IMG/VR virus record: IMGVR_UViG_3300047550_006202
Location: 1 to 52,738 of that record
Source of the DNA: a virus
Lineage: Duplodnaviria > Caudoviricetes
Strand: one strand, 5' to 3'
DNA length: 52,738 bases
The position numbers and the translations under genes were made by a program. The notes beneath the pieces are model-generated. The model did not search any database and had not been told where the DNA came from. It saw only the letters and a program-made list of their open reading frames with translations. Positions 45,763-52,738 of this stretch are shown here, one piece after another. Positions within the stretch are counted from its first letter, which is position 1; each line of letters begins with the position of its first letter.

Positions 45763-46626
45763 ATGACGATAAAGCATAGCAAATATCGTAACACGGCTAT
45801 TCTTTTTGAATTGCTAGTGAGACAAACCACAGCCGACCTGCTGCAAAACAGAGACTCTAGGGCAGTGAAGATACTTAGAAAGCACTTCACGAATACAGAA
45901 TTGGGCAAAGAATACGCCCTTTACACGTCCTTTAATACTATCGGAAGATTGTCCGAATCAAAGGCAGAGATGTTTATTAACACTGTATTGGAGCAAAGAA
46001 AGAAACTGAACGAAGACAGGCTTAGAAAAGAGAAATTTAACCTCATAAAGGAAATAAAGAACGTTTACGATATAGACGATTTCTTCAAAGCCAAGATAGA
46101 TAATTACAAGACGTACGCCTCCATATACACTCTTTTCGAATCCCAGAACAACAAGGCTTTTGTTGATAGCAAACAACTGCTATTAAATAAAATAAACATA
46201 GTTGAACACATCGTGGGAGAAAACGCAAGCCAAAAACCGGCTTCTGCTGCTTTAGTGGAAGAATTCATGAAGGAAGACAAAGAGGTTCGTTTATTGGCTT
46301 ACAAGCTTTTGGTTGAGAAATTCAACGAAAAGTACTCTGATCTTTCAAAGAAGCAAAAAGCCGTTTTGAAGGAGTACATAAACAACATATCGGAAACTGA
46401 GAATCTCAAAGAGTTTATGAATAAGACCATAAAAGAGATCAAGTCCGAGCTGAGTAACATAAGCACTAAGATAAAAGATCCAGTGGTTAAGATAAAACTC
46501 AACGAAACTATCAAGTTGCTGCATCCTATAAACAACAACCAGTTCGTTAAAGACGAAATAATAACAAGCGTTTTGCAATACTTGGATCTGATAGACGAGT
46601 TAAAACGTGTCTCTAATGAAAAATAA
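45763..46626 (+). CDS. Conserved helical protein of the head module (prohead-core-like)
   Basis: KHSKYRNTAILFELLVRQ; ATATTTAT at 45738-45745; lies between portal and protease. Confidence 0.75.
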   Translation: MTIKHSKYRNTAILFELLVRQTTADLLQNRDSRAVKILRKHFTNTELGKEYALYTSFNTIGRLSESKAEMFINTVLEQRKKLNEDRLRKEKFNLIKEIKNVYDIDDFFKAKIDNYKTYASIYTLFESQNNKAFVDSKQLLLNKINIVEHIVGENASQKPASAALVEEFMKEDKEVRLLAYKLLVEKFNEKYSDLSKKQKAVLKEYINNISETENLKEFMNKTIKEIKSELSNISTKIKDPVVKIKLNETIKLLHPINNNQFVKDEIITSVLQYLDLIDELKRVSNEK

Positions 46627-47677
46627 AAATCGTGATTTTAACGTCCAATTTGCCACTCAAAGGCTTCGTGAAAATGTCACGAATGCGGGCGGAGCAACAG
46701 CAACACCTGGCACAGGAGAACAGTATTTTGCAAGGGGTAAAAAAATCAGAGAGACAATAAAGAAAGTAGACGGAAAATACGCCGTTTATCCAGAAAAGGG
46801 CGGAAGCAGATTGGGTACTCACGATACAAAAGAGAAAGCGCAAAAGCAATTAGCGGCCATCGAGATTAGCAAACAACAAAAAGAGGCTAAAGAACGTGGA
46901 ACTGGAAAGGGACTAATATATGTCGACCTCTGGGAAATGTTTAGCGAAGAGGAGGCAGATCCCAAAGAAGGTGACTCAGTAAAGATACAAAAGAAAGGAA
47001 GTCCACAAGACGGAAAGATCGGCAAGATAGTTTCCATCACGGAACCCGGCGCTTACAACATAGACTTCAATGGAAAAGTATACACATTCCAAGAAACGGA
47101 TTTTGTGATCGATAAAAGCGCAGAAGATCAACCTGAAGAAACAGGAGAAGAAAATGCCGAAGAGCCCGTTAGCGAGGGTTTAGGCGCGCCTGGAATGAAC
47201 GTAGGTACTGTTGGTCTGGGAGGCGGAAGAAAAGGCATCTATTTCATAACTGATAAGGGAAAATTTGTATACGAACCCAATCCATTAGAATACGAAGCCT
47301 TTGAACTCTCAGGCGGTAAGGTTCGAATGCTGTTAGCAAAATCTTGGTTTCCCAAAGCAAAACCTTGGGAAGAAAAACCGAATCCGATGGCATCGCTAGG
47401 TCAGGGTAAAGGTCACCACATTGACGAGGAGTTGAACGAAAACTATTCGCGCTTTAAGAAAGAGACTAAGACACGCACCAACGAGCAACAGTTGCACGCA
47501 GCAATGAGACTCGCTGAGAAAAAGATACACGAGGCCAATAGGATCCTAGAGTACACTTCGCAACTGCGCGGTGAACTGAACGAGACCAAAGTGAACAAGA
47601 ACATTAAAAGAATAATGGAAAAAATCACTGTCGGCATCGCAGAAGCCTACAGCAAAATGAAAAAAATCAAAAGGTAA
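46616..47677 (+). CDS. Modular head protein
   Basis: In-frame ATG 46616; modules LGTHDTKEKAQKQLAAIE and KOW-like EGDSVKI...GKIGKI; LRE, IRE, VSE and LNE sites. Confidence 0.75.
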   Translation: MKNKNRDFNVQFATQRLRENVTNAGGATATPGTGEQYFARGKKIRETIKKVDGKYAVYPEKGGSRLGTHDTKEKAQKQLAAIEISKQQKEAKERGTGKGLIYVDLWEMFSEEEADPKEGDSVKIQKKGSPQDGKIGKIVSITEPGAYNIDFNGKVYTFQETDFVIDKSAEDQPEETGEENAEEPVSEGLGAPGMNVGTVGLGGGRKGIYFITDKGKFVYEPNPLEYEAFELSGGKVRMLLAKSWFPKAKPWEEKPNPMASLGQGKGHHIDEELNENYSRFKKETKTRTNEQQLHAAMRLAEKKIHEANRILEYTSQLRGELNETKVNKNIKRIMEKITVGIAEAYSKMKKIKR

Positions 47678-47680
47678 ATC

Positions 47681-47818
47681 ATGGCTACAAAGACCAATAA
47701 AAAAGCCGGCATGAACATCGGCAAAATCAGTTTCGGTAAACGTCGCGAAGGGGTTGCAAAGAAAAACTGGGGCCCCAAAGAGGAAAGACCGAAAAAATAT
47801 AGGGGACAAGGAAGATAA
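47681..47818 (+). CDS. Small basic protein ending YRGQGR (45 aa; not in ORF track)
   Basis: MATKTNKKAGMNIGKISFGKRREGVAKKNWGPKEERPKKYRGQGR fills the gap between 47677 and 47834. Confidence 0.75.
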   Translation: MATKTNKKAGMNIGKISFGKRREGVAKKNWGPKEERPKKYRGQGR

Positions 47819-47833
47819 CTGATATTTATTAGT

Positions 47834-48874
47834 ATGAAAAACATAACAAACCTGTACATTCAACTGAACGAGGGAAAGATTAGCAAGGAATTCTTTATGA
47901 AGACCGCTAGGATGCAATTCCCCCAGTACATCAGTCCCACCCTTTCTTTTAGGGATACTGTAAACGTACTTAAGGGTAAGAGACTCATTCAAGAGGCGCA
48001 GACCCTAACAGTCGATCAGGTCATAGATCGCCTGAATCCCTACCAATTTAGAAACGGAGTACAAAAAGAACTTGCAAAGGTACAAAATCCTACCCGAGAA
48101 GACATTCACCGCGCGAATCAAAAAGTAGCCAAGAAGCTTCAAAAGAATCCCACGGCTTACGAAGACCAGATGTTTGCAAATGCAAAAGACATCGAAAAGC
48201 GCGACGATAAACTTCACACCAGCGAAGTTAAAGTAGGTTCTCAGAGCGTTGATAAGGGTAATGCGATGAAAGTCAAGAAAAAACTTGAGTCAGCTAACAC
48301 CCGCGCCACTAAGAAAGAGAACAAAAAAGGCAAACCCCGTGGAGTTAAGGTCATGACCTACAAGGCTAAGACCGCAAAGGGCATTTCAGAGACCATGCCC
48401 GCAACAGGCAAAGAGAAAGTCCTTAAGGTTCTTCACGAGAACATGTACGGCGCTACGGTTCCAACTCCCCACGATTGGCACGTAGGCCGCGAGGTGAATA
48501 CGCCTAAAGGCATAGGAACCATAAAAGAAGTTCACGGAGGCACGTTGACTGTTGAAATGAAAGACGGGAAAATGGTAGAATATCAAATGAACGTGGTGGA
48601 AAAACACACGAATTCTGCTAAGCAAGGGAGCAATATGCAACAGAAATCTTCTTCGGAAATGGACAATAAAGCAGATAAACTGAAGGAGATTGCTAAGACT
48701 CTTAAAAATCACATCAAAAAGATGCGTGAAGGAGAAATGATGCGATCTAAAAAACCAAATGCTGCCGGTAAAAGAAACGTCATAGTCGTTGATGATCCAA
48801 AAGCAAAAGCGGCGGCAATTCAAGCTAATTATGAGCCAGCAGGTAAAGCTGAAGCTCCGCCCACTAATCAATGA
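47834..48874 (+). CDS. Basic modular head protein with SH3-like module
   Basis: ATATTTAT at 47822-47829; LNE, IQE, LHE and MRE sites; VGREVNTPKGIGTIKEVHGGTLTVEM module. Confidence 0.75.
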   Translation: MKNITNLYIQLNEGKISKEFFMKTARMQFPQYISPTLSFRDTVNVLKGKRLIQEAQTLTVDQVIDRLNPYQFRNGVQKELAKVQNPTREDIHRANQKVAKKLQKNPTAYEDQMFANAKDIEKRDDKLHTSEVKVGSQSVDKGNAMKVKKKLESANTRATKKENKKGKPRGVKVMTYKAKTAKGISETMPATGKEKVLKVLHENMYGATVPTPHDWHVGREVNTPKGIGTIKEVHGGTLTVEMKDGKMVEYQMNVVEKHTNSAKQGSNMQQKSSSEMDNKADKLKEIAKTLKNHIKKMREGEMMRSKKPNAAGKRNVIVVDDPKAKAAAIQANYEPAGKAEAPPTNQ

Positions 48875-48900
48875 TAAGGCATAAATAAAATTATTGTAGA

Positions 48901-49533
48901 ATGCCAAAAGAACTCCTCATAGAGTACTCGATATTCAAACCCAAAATAGAACTTAGGGAAGGGTTTAAATCTTCTAACGGCAACATGATCGTTAGCGGAC
49001 AGGTACAAGCCTGTGATAAGCCCAACGCAAACAAGCGCATATACCCCTACGAGACTCTTAAGAAGCAAGTCGAATTGTATTTGGATGGACCCATAAGAGA
49101 GAATCGTGCGTTGGGAGAATTGGACCACCCAGAGTCATCGGTGATAAACCTTAAGAATGTTTCTCACAACATAAAGAGCCTTTGGTGGGAAGATAAGGAC
49201 CTCTACGGAACGGTTGAGATACTTCCTACGCCATCGGGCAACATACTTAAGGAATTGTTCAAAAACGGTATCACCGTGGGAATATCTTCTAGAGCACAGG
49301 GTTCAACAAGTCCAATAGGCGAAGGATTGGTAAAGGTCGAAGACGATCTTGAAGTGATATGTTGGGACTTTGTATCCCAACCATCAACCTACGGTGCGTA
49401 CATGAAACCCATGAACGGTATAAACGAGTCTATAGATTACAATCAAAGAATCGTAAATAATTATAGTAGAGCGAACGATCTGATGAGGAGCATAATATGC
49501 GAGATGTCGGGCGTTTGTTGCGTATCAAAATAA
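48901..49533 (+). CDS. gp21: Prohead core protease (T4 gp21, peptidase S77/U9)
   Basis: NANKRIYP, ALGELDHP, VSH, GISSRAQG, WDFVSQPS. Confidence 0.95.
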   Translation: MPKELLIEYSIFKPKIELREGFKSSNGNMIVSGQVQACDKPNANKRIYPYETLKKQVELYLDGPIRENRALGELDHPESSVINLKNVSHNIKSLWWEDKDLYGTVEILPTPSGNILKELFKNGITVGISSRAQGSTSPIGEGLVKVEDDLEVICWDFVSQPSTYGAYMKPMNGINESIDYNQRIVNNYSRANDLMRSIICEMSGVCCVSK

Positions 49534-49539
49534 AAAAGC

Positions 49540-51111
49540 ATGGAACAGAAGAAAAAACAGATCTTACTAGAAAGACAAAGATTTCAAAAGTTGGCGGGTA
49601 TAAATACTACCGAAACCGACTTTCTTCTCGAATTCTCAGATTTTTACGAGAGCTTGGAGAATAGAAGGGACGATCTTATTTTAGAAGCTGAAGAAGCTCA
49701 ATCTGGGGGCGGTATGCCGACATTACCAAATGATCCAGCGAAATTAGTTAATGTAAAGGCTTTTCCAAACATAGAAAAAATTGAACAATTCACACCCGGC
49801 AAAGGAACTAAATTACCAACATTAAAAGTAAAGAAGAAAAAGAATCCTAACGCAAAAGGAACAGACTCGGGAACAGACTCTTCAAAATCCTCTAGCGGAA
49901 GTGTTTCAGGCGGGGGCTTGTCTTCTAATTCTTCATCTTCAAAAAATGAGGATAAGCAGCAAGTAAATGAAATGCTGGATCCCATCAGCTGGACATTAGC
50001 AGCCCCAATGCTCGCTCAGGGCGCAGGAAAATTGGCAGACTGGATTGCTGATAAGGTGAGTGTTAAGAAAATGAGTCAACAAAAAGCACAAGATACTTTT
50101 AAACAAGTATTGCAGGACGCAAAAGACTTACAAAAAAGGGTTGATAAATTGCCTAGAGATGAAAAAGTCTCCCCAGAGACTATGAATGAAATCAATAATT
50201 TCATCAAAAAAGAATTTGAATTTCACAAAGACGGCGAAGACCACGGAAAAGTACACGAATTAAAAACGATCACTGGACGTAAAACAGGGTCCGAATACTT
50301 TCGTGATAAGAAAAAATCCTCCTCGTCCAGTTCATCTAGTCAGACTGATGCAGACATGGAAAAACGCTCTGCTAGTATTAAAAAAAGAGAAGAAGATGAG
50401 CGCGCGGCTATTGGTAAAGTGCCAATACACTTAAGAGGAAAGTGGCAAAACAAAGTGTTCGGCGACAAATTCATGGGCCAACTTCAAAACGCATTTAACA
50501 AACCTCCCCAGTCCGAAAAAGATTTTTTTGTAACAAAAGACGATACGAACTACGATGCGGACTTAAAGTGTCAAATGTTGGTAAGCTCTGTTGATCATCA
50601 CTTAGACGTCGGTGTTAGCGGATCCGCGGTGGGTAGATTCTTTAGAAAATTAGCTCACAAAGCGCACGACGGTTACATAGACGCCGTTGGTACTACTATA
50701 GGCACCGTACTTAAGTTGTATATATCTAACAGTTACATATTATACAATCCTGAGACTAAAAAGCTGGAACAAGCCGTAAAAGGACAAGATGAAATGAAAG
50801 ATGTTTCCGCCCAGTATTCAACAATTCACAAGTACTTATCCAACGAACAATACAGAAAAAGCGTTAACACTATACTGTATTGCGTTTTGGCCATAGGGTG
50901 GTCAGCTAAGCACGTGGCAGAGATAGGAAAAGAGGCTTATGCTACTATATCCGGTAACGAGGGCGCTCTGGAAACAGTGGCCGAAGTCGGAGGAGAGGCT
51001 GCAAAAGGCGTGGCTTCTAGCATGAGCGCTGGTGTCACAAACGCGATAACGGCAGCTAAATCAGGAAAAACAGGCGGAGAGGTCATAAGAGCACTATTTA
51101 ACTTGACCTAA
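49540..51111 (+). CDS. Hypothetical protein, probable head-packaged
   Basis: N-terminal LLE.RFQKLAGI; ILE and VNE sites; Ser-rich linkers; Ala/Gly-rich C-terminal helices. Confidence 0.75.
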   Translation: MEQKKKQILLERQRFQKLAGINTTETDFLLEFSDFYESLENRRDDLILEAEEAQSGGGMPTLPNDPAKLVNVKAFPNIEKIEQFTPGKGTKLPTLKVKKKKNPNAKGTDSGTDSSKSSSGSVSGGGLSSNSSSSKNEDKQQVNEMLDPISWTLAAPMLAQGAGKLADWIADKVSVKKMSQQKAQDTFKQVLQDAKDLQKRVDKLPRDEKVSPETMNEINNFIKKEFEFHKDGEDHGKVHELKTITGRKTGSEYFRDKKKSSSSSSSSQTDADMEKRSASIKKREEDERAAIGKVPIHLRGKWQNKVFGDKFMGQLQNAFNKPPQSEKDFFVTKDDTNYDADLKCQMLVSSVDHHLDVGVSGSAVGRFFRKLAHKAHDGYIDAVGTTIGTVLKLYISNSYILYNPETKKLEQAVKGQDEMKDVSAQYSTIHKYLSNEQYRKSVNTILYCVLAIGWSAKHVAEIGKEAYATISGNEGALETVAEVGGEAAKGVASSMSAGVTNAITAAKSGKTGGEVIRALFNLT

Positions 51112-51131
51112 TCGTTTTTTTTCAAGTGCGC

Positions 51132-51229
51132 ATATTTATGGGTAAATGCGCGAATTTCTATTGTCGCGCTATACTATTTTTAACCCTATATCGTCTCAAT
51201 TCTGAATAGACGATTAACGCACAAACAAG
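51132..51229 (+). promoter_or_regulatory. Putative late promoter and structured 5' leader of the scaffold/capsid operon
   Basis: ATATTTAT 51132-51139; stems GGGT/ACCC, GCGCGA/TCGCGC and ATCGTCT/AGACGAT. Confidence 0.6.
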
Positions 51230-52609
51230 ATGGAAAAGAACATCTATCAACAAGCGATTCTTGACGCGAAAGCTATTCGTGCGAGTGCCATTGCGAACGC
51301 TAAAGCAAGTTTGCAAGAGGCTATCGAGCCGAAGATTCAAGAAATGATGCGTCTTAGACTTTCCGAAGAACTTGAAGAGGAGCTCGAAGAGGGCAACTAC
51401 GAAGAGGGAATGAAACACGGGGAGATGGAAGAAGACGCTGTGAACGAAGCTTCTCTTGACGAGATCCTCGCCGAACTTGACGCCATGGAAGAAGGCAAAA
51501 AAGACATGGAAGAAGGTAAGGAGGAAATGGAAGAGGGCAAAGACGAAGAAGAAGTTGTGAAAGAAGCCGAAGACGACGAAGAGCCAGCTGACGATGCCGA
51601 AGGCGAAGGTGAAGGCGATGAAGCCGAAGCCGACGAAGAAGGCGGAGAAGAAGGCGGAGACGAAGAAGGCGGCGAAGAAGGCGAAGAAGGTGGCGAAGAG
51701 GAAGTAAGCGACGAAACGAAAGTAATCGACATCACTCTTGGCGACCTAAAGCAAATCCTACAATCCGTAATGGACGGTGAGGCACAAGGTGAAGAAGATC
51801 TCGAGGCCGACGTAGACATGCCAGGAGGAGAAGAAGGCGAAGAAGGCGGTGAAGACGCTGGCGCTGAGGCTCCTGAAGGTGGTGAAGAAGAGGCTGGAGA
51901 AGAAGTATCCCTTGACGAAATCCTTGCAGAACTTGAGAACGAAGGCTACGGTGCAGGCGGGCAAAACGACGCAGCAGGCGCAGCAAAATTCCAAGAGGCT
52001 AAGGGTCACTCTGGAGGTGTTTACACCAAAGGGGTTAAAGGCGTAAAAGAGGCCAAGAAAGAAGAAGACAAAGAGGAGAAAGTCGAAGAAGGCAAAGGTC
52101 ACTCAGGTGGCGTCTACACAAAAGGCGTCAAAGGCGTGAAAGAGGCCAAGAAAGACGATGAAAAGGTCGAAGAGGGCAAAGGTCACTCAGGTGGCGTCTA
52201 TACAAAAGGCGTTAAAGGTGTGAAAGAAGCCAAGAAAGAGGACGAGAAACTCGATGAGCTGAAGAAAGAGCTCAAAGAGGCCAAGAATGCTATCAAAGTC
52301 CTCAGCGAAAACATCAAAGAAGTCAACCTTCTGAATGCTAAGCTGCTTTTCATGAACAAGATTTTCAAATCGAAGTCACTCAACGAGTCTCAAAAAGTAA
52401 AAGTGATCAAAGCATTTGATCGCGCTGGTTCTGTAAGAGAAGTGAAAAACGTGTACGAAACTTTGAAAGAGTCTTTGAATACAAAGTCTACGATTAAAGA
52501 ATCTATCGGTTTCGCTTCGAAGCCCGCGGGTGTCGCCCCGGCAAAAGGCCCGATCGTTGAATCGGAAGCTTTTGTATCGCGTTGGCAAAAAATCGCTGGC
52601 ATAAAGTAA
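51230..52609 (+). CDS. Prohead scaffold/core protein (gp22-like role)
   Basis: Extremely acidic with coiled-coil ends (EVNLLNAKLLF); directly upstream of the major capsid gene. Confidence 0.85.
   Translation: MEKNIYQQAILDAKAIRASAIANAKASLQEAIEPKIQEMMRLRLSEELEEELEEGNYEEGMKHGEMEEDAVNEASLDEILAELDAMEEGKKDMEEGKEEMEEGKDEEEVVKEAEDDEEPADDAEGEGEGDEAEADEEGGEEGGDEEGGEEGEEGGEEEVSDETKVIDITLGDLKQILQSVMDGEAQGEEDLEADVDMPGGEEGEEGGEDAGAEAPEGGEEEAGEEVSLDEILAELENEGYGAGGQNDAAGAAKFQEAKGHSGGVYTKGVKGVKEAKKEEDKEEKVEEGKGHSGGVYTKGVKGVKEAKKDDEKVEEGKGHSGGVYTKGVKGVKEAKKEDEKLDELKKELKEAKNAIKVLSENIKEVNLLNAKLLFMNKIFKSKSLNESQKVKVIKAFDRAGSVREVKNVYETLKESLNTKSTIKESIGFASKPAGVAPAKGPIVESEAFVSRWQKIAGIK
52001..52237 (+). repeat. Three near-identical 60-nt coding repeats (KGHSGGVYTKGVKGVKEAKK) in the scaffold
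   Basis: Copies start at about 52001, 52094 and 52178, with identical peptide and synonymous DNA differences. Confidence 0.9.
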
Positions 52610-52634
52610 TAAAAACAAAACCAATCACAAAACA

Positions 52635-52738
52635 ATGGCAAACTTAGTTCAAAACCTATTGTCCGAATCTGCCCAAACCGCTTTTGCTGATCAGAATGGC
52701 GTAGCCTCAAGATTAGCTAAGAAGTGGCAGAAGTCCGG
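52635..52738 (+). CDS. gp23: Major capsid protein, N-terminus (T4 gp23-like; runs off the window)
   Basis: MANLVQNLLSESAQTAFADQNGVASRLAKKWQKSG; L..KW motif and position after protease and scaffold. Confidence 0.85.
   Translation, partial: MANLVQNLLSESAQTAFADQNGVASRLAKKWQKS

Noticed and set aside
51397-52102. Minus-strand Ser/Pro-rich ORFs and + strand 51849..52046
   Set aside because: Shadows of the GAA/GGC-rich scaffold sequence.
1-52738. Stop-codon reassignment, as in some large phages
   Set aside because: The standard code gives dense full-length genes (TerL, portal, gp6), and TAG, TGA and TAA all end genes. Only one suspicious in-frame stop was seen (25085).

Overview
This window is a segment of a large, T4-related contractile-tailed (myovirus-type) dsDNA phage genome. 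Start codons are preceded by A-rich runs and lack Shine-Dalgarno sequences, which suggests a Bacteroidota-type host (inference). 1-1.5 kb: small + strand ORFs ending at a bidirectional UUCG terminator. 1.6-28.1 kb (minus strand): glutaredoxin, HD hydrolase, gp55-like late sigma factor, fragmented gp5-like hub, gp25, gp6, an L,D-peptidase-like lysin, wedge proteins and four Thr/Pro/Ser hexapeptide-repeat proteins. 28.1-28.4 kb: a structured divergent spacer. 28.4 kb to the end (+ strand): primase, fused Mre11-Rad50, probable head-packaged modular proteins, a DenV-family glycosylase, spanin-like genes, TerL, portal, prohead protease, scaffold and the start of the major capsid protein. Main leads: (1) two apparent enzyme polyproteins, an HxGH nucleotidyltransferase fused to a KxDG ligase-like domain and an HExxH peptidase fused to a HAD phosphatase, each joined at a prohead-protease-like xxE site; (2) a QK[I/L]AGI motif shared by the scaffold C-terminus and the N-termini of two other proteins, a possible capsid-loading tag; (3) a baseplate paralog split into halves about 7 kb apart with the repeat-protein cassette between them; (4) an oriented ATATTTAT motif, matching the reverse complement of the T4 late promoter, just upstream of about 14 genes; (5) an in-frame TAA inside the gp5-like gene; (6) two structured non-coding regions. 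All functional calls come from reading motifs by eye; no database search was run.
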